A DNA stretch of 62,067 nucleotides, counting the filler, from Limisphaerales bacterium (GTDB taxonomy: Bacteria; Verrucomicrobiota; Verrucomicrobiia; Limisphaerales; SIBE01): the NCBI GenBank assembly GCA_044225505.1. It is 5 parts of 5 records of this genome, joined end to end, with 100 filler letters (N's around TTAATTAATTAA, not from the genome) between each part and the next. Parts side by side here need not be neighbours in the genome. Positions count along the whole stretch, not along the records: positions 1 to 27,504 come from JBGAIN010000110.1; positions 27,605 to 54,894 come from JBGAIN010000111.1; 3 more parts are not named here. One strand, 5' to 3'. A program made the position numbers and the translations under genes. The notes beneath the pieces were generated by a model. It had not been told where the DNA came from and did no database searches. It saw only the letters and a program-made list of their open reading frames with translations. Numbering within the stretch: the first letter of the stretch is position 1; each line of letters begins with the position of its first letter. Below are positions 21,784-32,250 of the stretch, piece after piece.

Positions 21784-22668
21784 CGCGATCGCCAGCGTGT
21801 GGAGTATCGTGTTCGTGGAGCCGCCCATCGCTACGTCCAGCATGATGGCGTTGTCAAAAGCTTCGATCGTGGCGATGTCCAGCGGCTTCAAATCGCGTTC
21901 GACGAGCCGAACGATGGCCTCCGCCGCGCGCTGGTAGAGCGCCTCCCGTTCCTTGGAAACGGCCAGGATCGTGCCATTCCCTGGCAATGCCATGCCGAGG
22001 GCCTCGCTCAAACAGTTCATCGAGTTCGCGGTGAACATGCCTGAGCACGAACCGCACGTCGGGCACGCGGTCTGCTCCAGTTTCTTCAACTGATCTTCCG
22101 TGATTTTACCGGTCTGCAATTGGCCCACGCCCTTGAACACGGTGATCAAGTCCGATTTGCCGGTCGCAGGCTGGAGATGGGCCATCACATCGTCGTGTGC
22201 CGCTTGCTGCTCCGTGATGCCGGCCGCCATGGGCCCGCCGCTCACGAACACCGTCGGGATATTGCAGCGCATCGCGCCCATCAACATGCCCGGGACAATC
22301 TTGTCGCAATTCGGGATGCAGACCATGCCATCGAAACTGTGCGCGTTGATGACCGTTTCCACACAGTCGGCGATCAGTTCGCGGGACGGGAGGGAATAGA
22401 GCATCCCGGAATGCCCCATCGCGATGCCATCGTCCACGCCGATAGTATTGAAAACGAAGGGCACTCCTCCGGCCTCGCGCACCATGCGCTTGACCATCTG
22501 GCCGACTTCGTTCAAATGCGCGTGGCCGGGAATGCAGTCAATGTAGCTATTGGCGATCGCAATGAACGGCTTGCTAAAATCCTCTTCGGACTCAATCACG
22601 CCTGTGGCGCGCAGCAACGCGCGGTGTGGAGCCCGTTCGAAACCTTTCTTGATGATGTCAGAACGCAT
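21742..22668 (-). CDS. ilvD: Dihydroxy-acid dehydratase, N-terminal part
   Basis: [60 protein letters not shown]. Confidence 0.93.
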   Translation of the reverse strand: MRSDIIKKGFERAPHRALLRATGVIESEEDFSKPFIAIANSYIDCIPGHAHLNEVGQMVKRMVREAGGVPFVFNTIGVDDGIAMGHSGMLYSLPSRELIADCVETVINAHSFDGMVCIPNCDKIVPGMLMGAMRCNIPTVFVSGGPMAAGITEQQAAHDDVMAHLQPATGKSDLITVFKGVGQLQTGKITEDQLKKLEQTACPTCGSCSGMFTANSMNCLSEALGMALPGNGTILAVSKEREALYQRAAEAIVRLVERDLKPLDIATIEAFDNAIMLDVAMGGSTNTILHTLAIAREAVIPYDIARID

Positions 22669-22873
22669 ATTCAGTTAAACGATTTACAAATATATGGCCG
22701 GAATCGCAGCCGGTGTCACGCAATTGCCACGAGCCAATTTTGCAGCATGGTTTTCACCGCAGGACGGGCGGAAGCACGGCAAAAGAATGACCTCAACCTC
22801 AGGATAGCAAGCTGGCGATCGAGGGCTGAGTCGCGGTGCCCCCGCGATTGACAGGAAGAGTTTCTCTACGGCC

Positions 22874-23587
22874 TTAGGCTTCCGAAAAACGATCCATCGC
22901 TTTCTTGAAAAACGGGCGCAAAAAGGCCAAGGCCAGCAGAGCAACCCCTGCCAGAAGCGTGGCTTTGGCCGGTTCGGGAACAGCTGTAATCTGAAGGCCC
23001 CAACTGTCGAGTTGATGTGTCGCTCCTGAGCTCACATCCGTTACGAACAAGGTCCAGGTCCCGTTAACCGGGGCGTCGAGGAAGGAACTCAGTGTCGCCG
23101 TGCGCGGACTTGTATCGAGGACCTGAGACGGGTCGGCGGTGCGGGCGTCCGGTTTCCAGGTTCCTGTCAGACTCCCACCGATCGGTGTGGTGTGATTGCC
23201 ATTGAGGACTTGACGGTAAACGTGGACATCGCCAATGGCCGTATCGTCAAAGGTGAGCGATACGCCGCTGTCGCTGTAGCCGGAAAGAGAGCCAGAGCGC
23301 GTGCCAGGGCGGTTGAGCAGAACTGAGTAACCGCCCTCATGCTGCAGAGTGACGTACAAGTCCCCGTTAAAGCCCCCAAGTCCAGTTCCAGAAACGTTCA
23401 GCGTCACAGTGACACCTGTGACGAATAGATCTGGCGCACTGGTAATCTCCTGCGCGTTGACCAGCCCGGTGGGATTTCCATCCGGCACCGCTTGATTGAT
23501 CCCGTCGAAAGAAAAGGACAGCTGGGCACTGGTGGACATGGGCAGGGCCAGCATCCCGACGAAGAGAATCCTGAGAATCGTCTGCAT
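22874..23587 (-). CDS. PEP-CTERM protein with proprotein-convertase P-domain-like beta-sandwich
   Basis: Signal peptide; VPDGNPTG...GDLYVTL...LLNRPG...NGTWTLFVTD; C-terminal VPEP, TM segment and basic tail. Confidence 0.85.
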   Translation of the reverse strand: MQTILRILFVGMLALPMSTSAQLSFSFDGINQAVPDGNPTGLVNAQEITSAPDLFVTGVTVTLNVSGTGLGGFNGDLYVTLQHEGGYSVLLNRPGTRSGSLSGYSDSGVSLTFDDTAIGDVHVYRQVLNGNHTTPIGGSLTGTWKPDARTADPSQVLDTSPRTATLSSFLDAPVNGTWTLFVTDVSSGATHQLDSWGLQITAVPEPAKATLLAGVALLALAFLRPFFKKAMDRFSEA

Positions 23588-23606
23588 AGTTCGGGTCCTT
23601 GGTAGT

Positions 23607-26600
23607 CTAGTTTTCTACGGCACGATAAAAGCGCGGGGACGGTGGCGCAGTATCGGTTAATTGCACAACGCCATTGGCGCCCGCGGTTTGAGGTCCTGCT
23701 GAATGCGGCGTCCAGGTGATGGGCGGCGTGAGGCTGGACGTGGTTTCGAAGCGATAGACACGGCCAGCGATGCCGGCGACCCGCACAATCATGTCCGCCC
23801 CGGACGACGTCACGCTGATGATGTTCTTGGTCTGCTCGTCGCTCTCAGGAGCAATGGTCACGTTGACGGTTCCAGTGGCTGTTCCCCCGTGCCCATCACT
23901 AATGTCGTAAGTGAAGCTATCAGACGAATTAAAGCTCGATGGTGGCTGGTAAATGATCCAAATCCCGTCGAGGATCACCGTGGCGTTGTTCGCCGTCGGA
24001 GAACTCACCCCCGTCAGAGTGAGCGTGTCCGAATTCGCGTCCGTGTCATTGGACAAGACTTGAGACAGCGCGATCTTCGCTGACGCGTTTTTCTGGCGGA
24101 CCAGACTGTCGGTATTAGCCACCGGATTGGCATTCACCAACAACTGGAAGGTCGACGTGGCGGTGGAACCGCAATTATCCGTAGCGGTCACTGTCACCGT
24201 GTACGAGCCGGCTGGTCCGGCGTTGTTGACTGTCAAGACACCTGTGGTTGGATTGCCCACAAATGTGCCGCTGAAACCCGGGGCTGCGCCCGATAAACTC
24301 GAAACCGACCCGTTGTCCGTGGGCGCTCCGCTCGGGCTCACTGTGCTGCCGCTGCTGCCAAGCGCGACCGTAGTATCTGAATAAGCGCCGATCGTCGGCA
24401 CGTCATTGGCCTGCACATTCACGGTCAGCGTAGCTGTGGCCGTCTGAGCGCTTGTATCCGTCACGGTAAGGGTGAACGAGGCCGACGTCGCCGCACAATC
24501 TGCCGCCACATCACCAGTAACGTGGCCAGAACTGTCGACGCTCACGCCAGAGACGGTGACGCCGTTGACTGTCGCACTGGCACTGCCGTTCACCGTGACT
24601 GACAAGGCGTCCTCGCTCTGGTTGCAGTCATCGACGGCGGCGATTTGCGAGTTGCTGGCGGAACTGCCTCGCTGACGTGAGATGCTATTGCCCGCAATCG
24701 TTGGTGGCACCTCAATGATCGTCACGGTGGCGTTGGCGGAGCCTGCGAGGTCCGGATCGTCCGTGGAAATTGAAAAAGCACTGCCTTGTGCCCCGGAGAC
24801 TGTTCCTTGAAGTGAAACCGTGGGAGAACTCGAGCAGGGCGGGCTGGAAGTCGGGAATGGGCCCGCGACGGTCGCTTGGAACGTGATCGTGATGGTTTTG
24901 CCGGCGGGCAGCGTCCCAATGCTGACCGTGACCGGTCCTCCGATGAAGTGGTTGCCAGCCAGGCTTCCTGGGACCGCACCGCGCGCTTGCCCAACTGACG
25001 GCAAGCGGCGTTCGCCTTGGGTCAGGTATCCGTACATCAGGTTGTCGCGCTCATCTGCGGTATAGGTATCCGCAAGTCCCAGGGCATGTCCCATCTCGTG
25101 CAGGACGGCGGTGAGCAAGTCTATGCGCCCGGCCGGTGCACACGCGGGATCAGTGTAGCGGCGGGTCGCAGAAATCGCCCGTGCAAACTCGGCTTCGTCC
25201 GGCGCGGCGGAATCGATAAACCAGCCGCTGCCACCGGCGTCATTGTCCACGTGGACAAGATTGGTCGAAGCCTCACCAAGATAGCGATCAGGCATTTTCG
25301 CCACCTCGAATTTCAACCGGCGCAAATGCCGTTTCTGTTCGTCGCTCAACCCTGTTGCCGTCCATCGGTTGAATGCGTCGACCACAACCGCGTCGAGGTC
25401 CGATTGGCGGAGAATGCCAAGTCCGATCGTTGTGCACGGTGTTACCAACGCAGGTTCGGAGCTGCGGACGGCATCGCCGGAGGCATAGGGTTCGCCGGTG
25501 CCCGTGTTAATGGCAGTGGCGTCTAACGCAACGCCAGACCGTGCGAACTGACCATCGGCGTGAGCGAGACTGGCCACCCCTCCCGGCGCCAACAGAAGAA
25601 AAGGCCCGCCGTTAACAAACCCGCCTCCGGGCGGAGAAGCGGCCGTCGCACTTCCCGAATTGGCAGTGGTGGTATTCCGCGCGAGAAGGTAGGTGACAAC
25701 GGCAGCAGTGTCAGTATTGTCGCCTGAGTATCCAGGGAGACGCACCGTCGACGAGAATCGCTGCCGGACCCTAATTTCCGTTCCCGAAGGAACGGCGCCC
25801 ACGACATCATTCCTCAGCGCTCCCGCGCCGCCGATATCCAAATAAGCATTGACGGCGCCGGCAGAGGTCGTTCCCATATCGGCGCGGATGGCGTTTAGAC
25901 CGTTCACAGCATTGGCTTCCTTGACAACATTCCCAGTCACAGTGGCGTTGAAGACAGGACTGGTATCGCCAGCCGACATCCCTATTCCGGCAGTCTGGAA
26001 CTGGCGAATCTGATTGTCAGTCACACTCACGGTCACTTTCCCCAGACCGGTGGCAGTAAAGCTCACGCCGTTGCCCTGGGCCGAACCCGAATCCGCCACC
26101 CCGCTCGTTCCGATCGTGTTATTTCGGAAACTTCCATTGACCGACGCCGAGACTGTCGTCTGGTTGCTCGTAAAGAAGTTAAACGCGGTTAACTTTGATC
26201 CGGTCGATGTATTCCCATTGACGTCGAAGGTAAGGACCGCAGAGTGATCATCGGTGATATTTACCGCGCCTCCCAGGGCGGGATTCGTCGTCTGCAAAGT
26301 ATTACTTGAAATGACCAAGTCCATCGTAGCGAGGCCTTTCGCGCCCGCATCGATGTGGTTCGCGGAGTTGTTTTGAAATATGCAGCCAGTGATCGTCACG
26401 TTCATCACCACGCCACTCGCGCTGCCTGGCCCGCCGCCCAGCGCGGTGTAGAGCGCCAAGCCATGATTAGCCGAAGACCCTGAATTATCATGGATTGTCG
26501 TATTCGAGATTGTAAGGCGGTTTAACACGCCTGTGGTATTGTTCACGCGCACGTTGTCGTTCGCACCTCCGCTAATGTCGCAATCCGCTATGGAACCGGT

Positions 26601-27504
26601 TCCAAGCCAGTCGGTCACAAACAATGCGCCTTCGTCAACCGCGTTGCCGTGAGTCCCGTCAAAGACGCACCGGCTGATCGTCATTCCTGTCACGCTACTG
26701 CCGTTCAAGCCGTAGTTGCCACTGGTTTGGATGTGCATTCGCGTCAGGGTGATATTGCTCGCGGCGGTTAGTTTGACACCGGTATCCGTGACGTTGGAAA
26801 TCGTCCCTCCCGAACCATTGCTCGCACCGCCGCCGTCCCCTGTCACGGTTAGGCCACCCCCACCGGTATTGTTGAGGACAATTCCGTTCGCAGCACCACT
26901 CGCGGCGATGCTTTTGAACGTCAGGCCTGTCCCGCTAATGGTGACGTTGACCACATTCAACGCGATGCCGTTGATGGCGGAGAGGTCATTATCGGTACCC
27001 GTCGCAGTCACCGTGCCGCTGGTTGTCAAGCTCAGACCTGACCCGCTTGTCACCGTGACGTCAAAATCCGCAAGTGTCAGAATCCCCACACCGCTCCCAA
27101 CGATGCCCGAACCACTGGCATTGCTGAAATTTAAACCTTGAACACCGTTCCCACTCGCCAAGGTTAGCACCGTCCCGCCCGACTGACTGAGGGTCGGTCG
27201 TGCACCGCCGGTCGAGGGCAGGGTGGCACTCCCGGTTGGCAGGCTTAGGCCTGTGATCGACTGCAGCGTGCCTGCTGCCCCTTGTCCGATCAGCTTCTGG
27301 TTGTTCAGCAGGATGAGAGGTCCCACGTAACTGCCGCTATAGATGAATATGTTATCTCCAACTGATGGATGCGAACTTGGACTGCCATTGTTAATGGCTT
27401 GAAACGCGCTTAGTGAGTTGAGCGGGTTACTCAGCCGTCCGTCGCCTCCAGCACTGGCCGAGTCATCAATGAACCAGATCATCCCGCTGACCGTGATGCT
27501 GACT
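23607..27504 (-). CDS. Giant secreted/surface protein (5' truncated): beta-helix region, metzincin-like motif, Ig/cadherin-like repeats, C-terminal sorting-like domain
   Basis: G/S/T/N-rich repeats, LHEMGHALGLAD...NLMY, NANPVANTD...DSFTYDISDGHGGTATGTVNVTI, ends PRFYRAVEN; runs into the contig edge. Confidence 0.8.
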
Positions 27505-27604
27505 NNNNNNNNNNNNNNNNNNNNNNNNNNNNNNNNNNNNNNNNNNNNTTAATTAATTAANNNNNNNNNNNNNNNNNNNNNNNNNNNNNNNNNNNNNNNN
27601 NNNN
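27505..27604. other. Artificial contig linker
   Basis: N-run + TTAATTAATTAA (stops in six frames) + N-run. Confidence 0.98.
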
Positions 27605-28753
27605 CTTGATGGCAGTTTTGATCTTCTCCGTATCGTTCGAGATCGTCACGGTCGCGTCTCCCAACTTCAGTGCTGAAACCGATAACCCCGTAAGTCCTGA
27701 ACTGCCCGAGGTGACTGAGTTGGATTGGCTGGTCAGTTGCGCTCCGCCGTTGATCGTATAGAGGAGGTTCTTACCCCGTTCCAAGGTCCCGTTTAGCAGA
27801 CCCGTGGAGCTTAAGAAATTGCCGGTGACGTCTTCCAGGGCGACTCCAACGTCGCCGGTGCTTTCGTTCGCCAGCGTAAATCGATCGTTGATACTGTCGT
27901 AGCTCGCGGTCACCCCAGCTGCGGAGTTGTTGATGCGGTCGAGCACATTCTGAACGCTGTCCGTGCTGGTGTTAAATGAAATGGAAACGCCGTTAATCTT
28001 AAACTCGCCCGCACCGCTCCCACCATCGGATACGGTCGTTGTAAGGTTGGCGCTCGTCAGTGCCGACGAAAGTCGAACTCCACCGACCGATGAAGAACTG
28101 CTTACGGCACCCGAGCCATTGTTCCGAAGTTGCGCGACCTGAAGGAAATTGCTGGTGTCCGTGGTGCTACCGAGGACGATTTCTTGGGCACTCGTTAGGT
28201 TAATTTTGTCGGTGGCCGAGTCGTAGCTAGCCGAGACAACACCGCCTGTCGCCGTTTGAATCTTATCGAACACTGCCTGGAGAGTGTCGGTGGTGGCGAT
28301 GCTTACCTGTTTGCCATTCACGGTAATCGTGCCGCCGGTCAAAGCCGTGCTGAATGGGGCATTGCTCAAAACGAGGGACGAGACGTCGTTCGTCGCGTTG
28401 AGCGGCTTGCTGATATTCTGCGTCCCGCGCTGTTTGGCCGCGCTGGCCAACTGGGTGAAATGGAAAAGGTAACTGCCGACCGTTGCTCCAGATTCTACCG
28501 TTGAAGTGGCTGTGTTCGTATCGCTGCTGCCTGTCAAGCGGCTGGAGAAGAGAGTCTCTTTGCTGAGCGTTTCAGCTCGGCTTTTTAGCGTCGAGAGCTG
28601 AGTGTTGATTGTTGCGTAGGCATTCTTGCGCTGCGCTAACGTGCTTTGCTCAGCGCGCATCCGCGTCTCGGGCGCGCGACCGACGGCGATCAGTTGGTCA
28701 ATCAACGATTGCCAGTCAAATCCTGATGCCAGACCGGACAACCCTAAGTTCAT
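27605..28753 (-). CDS. fliD: Flagellar filament cap protein (3' truncated at the contig edge)
   Basis: MNLGLSGLASGFDWQSLIDQL N-terminus, TQLASAAK, INNSAAGVTASYD, SQSNSVT; sigma28 promoter upstream. Confidence 0.92.
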
Positions 28754-28762
28754 ACAAAACCT

Positions 28763-28789
28763 TTATCGGAAGATCGCTGGAGCTGCTTA
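28763..28789 (-). promoter_or_regulatory. Sigma28-type promoter of fliD
   Basis: Minus strand TAAG-N15-TCCGATAA ending about 10 nt before the ATG. Confidence 0.7.
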
Positions 28790-28815
28790 ACTTGAAACCG
28801 TGCTGCTTTCTGCCT

Positions 28816-29754
28816 TTAAACCAAACCCTCTAGAATTGTGGGTAGCCGCTCTAAACTCCGTTTCAAAGCCGCCTGCGCGATCTCGCTTTCGGCGGGGGTG
28901 GCATTTGGCCATAGGATGGTCCAGCCCGAAGCGTTCAGCCAGCCGTCGGCAGGCACCTCCTCAAGATTGCCGCTATTACCGATCTTGGCATGACGGACCA
29001 GCGTATCGGCGATCTGAACGGCGGCAACAATCGGTTTGCCGGAGGCTTGTTCAGGACGATGGTGATACTCCGCGGTGTCGATAATAATCCTGGGGAGTTG
29101 ATAGTGCCGCAAATACATGGCCCCCAGGTCAGCGTGACTCAGGCCCAGCACTTCGCGTTCTAACCGCATGAGGCTGGCAGTGCCTTCCGAGGTGCGTTGG
29201 TGGATTTCGGCAAAGTGGCTCGGGAAGGCCGAAGCCATGACAATCTTGCCAACGTCATGGAGTAAGCCAGCCACGTAATCTGATTCATCATCAGGAACTT
29301 GCAGTGAGCTCATGACTTCTCTTGTCATGATCGCGACCCCCAGACAGTGCCGCCAGAATTCGCGCCAGGCGAACAACGAGTTCCCCGCTAGCTTCTGGAA
29401 GTCTTCAATGACGGGAGTGACCGTCGCGAGTTGGCGTATTTGGCGGACGCCCAAGTAGAAGACGGCTTCTTCGATGCTGCTGATCGGAGCGGATAGGCTG
29501 TAATAGACGGAGTTAACCACCCGCAAGAGACGGGCGGTCAAGCTTGGATCGCGCCGAATGACTTCGGAAATGTGTCCTGTGTATCGTTGATCAGCGTTCA
29601 GAAGCTCTCGTAAGGCACCGTCGATCGTGCGCAACGACGGCAAGCGAGGGCATGCCCGCACACGGGCTTCTATCTCGGACATGGCCAGTGGTTTGACGGC
29701 CATCGGTTCTGGCGCTGCAACGGTAGTCACAAAGGGTCTATCGGCACCTTCCAT
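28816..29754 (-). CDS. HDOD-domain protein
   Basis: LPSL, DPSLTARLLRVVNSVYY, FWRHC, AGLLHDVGKI, SHADLGA, YHHRP; start at MEGAD is uncertain. Confidence 0.9.
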   Translation of the reverse strand: MEGADRPFVTTVAAPEPMAVKPLAMSEIEARVRACPRLPSLRTIDGALRELLNADQRYTGHISEVIRRDPSLTARLLRVVNSVYYSLSAPISSIEEAVFYLGVRQIRQLATVTPVIEDFQKLAGNSLFAWREFWRHCLGVAIMTREVMSSLQVPDDESDYVAGLLHDVGKIVMASAFPSHFAEIHQRTSEGTASLMRLEREVLGLSHADLGAMYLRHYQLPRIIIDTAEYHHRPEQASGKPIVAAVQIADTLVRHAKIGNSGNLEEVPADGWLNASGWTILWPNATPAESEIAQAALKRSLERLPTILEGLV

Positions 29755-29795
29755 GAAAAGTTTACGTCTCCAGAGAAGATTTTTTCGCAGCTGCC

Positions 29796-29822
29796 TTAAG
29801 CGTGGGCGCAATTTGCCGATGA
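29796..29822 (+). promoter_or_regulatory. Possible sigma28-type promoter for the hypothetical-TPR-FlgN operon
   Basis: TTAA-N15-GCCGATGA. Confidence 0.5.
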
Positions 29823-29896
29823 ATAGAACAATGATGGAATTTACCCGGGTGTTCCTGACCCTCTGGTCGCGTCGAACGCGTTCAGAGCGAGGGAGT

Positions 29897-30412
29897 ATGT
29901 CCGATTCCTGGCACTGGCGGCGGCTGGCCACGGTCGTCTTCGGCCTGCTGCTTGGAGCCGGACCGGCAAATTCTTCTCCAGGCTACCTGGCAATGTTGGG
30001 CCCTTCGCCTTTGCGGTTTTTGACGCCCTCGACGAATCCTCCCGCGATCTTGCCGCCCCCAGTTCCGGTGGATAAAGACAACAATCCACTCTCGGACGGT
30101 TCGGCTTCGGAAACCAAACCGGCGGGAGACTCGGCAGCAACGCCGGAACCGGTCCCTGTCGAGCCGACGGTGCCCCCTGGGATCCCATTGGACGGCAGCG
30201 AGATCAAGCCTCCGGCAGACCAGCAGTCTTCGTCGATGGTGGGGACGAACTCCTCCCGCTACATCTCGCCTGACATGCTGCTGCAGTTCTTCATTGATCA
30301 TGGCGCTTCCAATCGAACGTCTGCGGTCATAGCGCCGCTCCATTTTAGCCCAGCCGTTCCGCCGGTTGCTCCGTCGAGCACTGCCACTTACACCTCAGGG
30401 CCAAAACAATGA
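29897..30412 (+). CDS. Pro-rich hypothetical exported protein
   Basis: Signal-like RRLATVVFGLLLGAG, GYLAMLGPSPLRF, Pro-rich linker; ATGA overlap with the next gene; start uncertain (29831 or 29897). Confidence 0.65.
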   Translation: MSDSWHWRRLATVVFGLLLGAGPANSSPGYLAMLGPSPLRFLTPSTNPPAILPPPVPVDKDNNPLSDGSASETKPAGDSAATPEPVPVEPTVPPGIPLDGSEIKPPADQQSSSMVGTNSSRYISPDMLLQFFIDHGASNRTSAVIAPLHFSPAVPPVAPSSTATYTSGPKQ

Positions 30413-31731
30413 AATGGCGCGTCGTAAGGCGAAGTGCGATCAGGCAACATTGGTTTAATTTTCGAGGCTTGGCTCTCGCCTGGAGCATGGCTGTTGGTGG
30501 ATCGAGCAGCTTCTCGACCCGGGCCAACCCGACCGGGGAAACGGTGTCCAACGCGCCGCCGGAAGTGATTCACCCTGCGTTGCGGGATTCGGAGAGTCTC
30601 TTTCCGACGTCAAATTTAGTGACGGTAGCGCATGCGCCCAAACAGGTTGAGATTCCGGCTTATCAGACGCTGCTCCAGGAAGCACTTCGCGAAAAGGCGG
30701 CCAAGAACCGAGCCGAGGCCGAAAAGTTGTTCGTTCGAGTCCTGCAGTCGCCGGCGACTCCAGAAGTGTACAAGACTGCGCTCTTGGAGTTAGCTGTTCT
30801 GGCGCAGGAGGGCTCTGATCTGGTGAGAGCCCAGCAGATCTACGCGCAGTTCCTTCGGGATTTTCAAGGGGACCGGAGCGTTCCGGAGGTGTTACTGCGG
30901 CAAGGCCTGCTTTACCGCGAGATGGGAGCCCCGATTATGGCCATCTCCAAGTTCTACGCGGTTATGAGCTCCGCGTTGAACTTGAAGCTGGAACGGCTCG
31001 ACTATTACCAGCGCCTCGTCTTGCGCGCCCAATCCGAAATCGCCGATACGTTCTATCTCCAGGGAAAACACGAAGAAGCGACTGAGTTCTTCAATCGCCT
31101 CCTCAAGCTGGACAGTCCGGAATTGGATCGTCCTCAAATCCTCAGCAAGTTAATTCGATGTTTCTCGGCTCGAAGCGCTTATAATGAAGTCATTCTCAAT
31201 TCCAGGATGTTCCTGGACCGATACCCGGATGCGGCGCCAGCGCCAGAGGTCCGGTACCTCCTCTCGACCGCTTTGAAAAAGCTGGGTCGGAAGGACGAGG
31301 CAATGCAGGAGGTCTTGTTGCTGCTCCAGAAACAGAAACAGAACTCCGGAGAAGATCCACAGACCTGGATTTATTGGCGACAACGGACGGGGAATGACAT
31401 TGCCAACCAGTTTTATCAAGAAGCCGACTTTGGCAATGCGTTACAAATCTATCTTGGCTTGGCCGCTTTGAGCAGTGCCGCGGAATGGCAGTTGCCTGCT
31501 CTCTATCAGGCCGGACTGGTGTATGAGCGCCTGGGCCAATCCGAAAAGGCGCTCGTCGCCTATAGCCAAATCGTGGAGCGACGTCCCGAAGGTACTAATT
31601 CAGTGAGCCCCAACCTGGTTGCGATTCTCGATATGGCAGCCTGGCGTAAGGCCCGCATCAATTGGCAGCAACATGCGGACGATCTGAGTCGTCGGTTGCT
31701 GCCACCTCAATCCTCAACCAATTCCCCATGA
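30409..31731 (+). CDS. Tetratricopeptide repeat protein (flagellar-region associated)
   Basis: Repeated helical TPR-like units (VLLRQGLLYREMG, ALYQAGLVYERLG). Confidence 0.8.
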   Translation: MKWRVVRRSAIRQHWFNFRGLALAWSMAVGGSSSFSTRANPTGETVSNAPPEVIHPALRDSESLFPTSNLVTVAHAPKQVEIPAYQTLLQEALREKAAKNRAEAEKLFVRVLQSPATPEVYKTALLELAVLAQEGSDLVRAQQIYAQFLRDFQGDRSVPEVLLRQGLLYREMGAPIMAISKFYAVMSSALNLKLERLDYYQRLVLRAQSEIADTFYLQGKHEEATEFFNRLLKLDSPELDRPQILSKLIRCFSARSAYNEVILNSRMFLDRYPDAAPAPEVRYLLSTALKKLGRKDEAMQEVLLLLQKQKQNSGEDPQTWIYWRQRTGNDIANQFYQEADFGNALQIYLGLAALSSAAEWQLPALYQAGLVYERLGQSEKALVAYSQIVERRPEGTNSVSPNLVAILDMAAWRKARINWQQHADDLSRRLLPPQSSTNSP

Positions 31732-32180
31732 ACGATTCTACTCATAACGCTTTGATCTTGGATTTGCGCCAGCATCTGGAGATCTGTCGCAGTTTGGCCA
31801 CGGTGGTGGAACGTGAGAACCAAGCATTACGTCAATCGAGTGGGGATCTCGCGGCAGAGGCTCCACAGAGGAAGAATTTGCTTCCTTCTTTAACGCAATC
31901 GCTTTATAGACTCCGCCAGCATCGGGTCAATTGGTGCAATCGGGCTCCACATGAGCGGGCCAGAGAGGCGGGAGTGGCAGCGCTACTCCGGGAGATCCAG
32001 GATCTGATCATGAAAGTCATTGTTCTTGATCGCGAGAATGAACAGGTTCTATTGCGCAGAGGCCTTGTCCCAGCCCGGCATTTGCCACCTGCCAATCGTC
32101 AACGGCCTCAATATGTTGCCGGATTGTACCGTCAGCAGAAGGACGCTGTCCCAGCCGATTTGCCGAACTTCCCTGTGTAA
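31728..32180 (+). CDS. flgN: FlgN-like flagellar export chaperone
   Basis: About 150-aa helical protein (VERENQAL...LDRENEQVLL) in a flagellar context; ATGA overlap. Assignment is by size, pattern and context. Confidence 0.55.
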   Translation: MNDSTHNALILDLRQHLEICRSLATVVERENQALRQSSGDLAAEAPQRKNLLPSLTQSLYRLRQHRVNWCNRAPHERAREAGVAALLREIQDLIMKVIVLDRENEQVLLRRGLVPARHLPPANRQRPQYVAGLYRQQKDAVPADLPNFPV

Positions 32181-32200
32181 CCTGGTGAACGGCGGCCACC

Positions 32201-32216
32201 AGGCCGATGGTTTGCT
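32201..32216 (+). promoter_or_regulatory. Possible sigma54 (-24/-12) promoter
   Basis: AGGCCGATGGTTTGCT: GG-N10-GC with TTGCT, but weak -24 flank. Confidence 0.35.
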
Positions 32217-32250
32217 GCATCCGCCTGCAGTGTTCGTGATCTAGGGTGCG

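Noticed and set aside
27549..27560. Repeated TTAATTAATTAA palindrome flanked by Ns (four times)
   Set aside because: Synthetic contig-joining linker, not biology.
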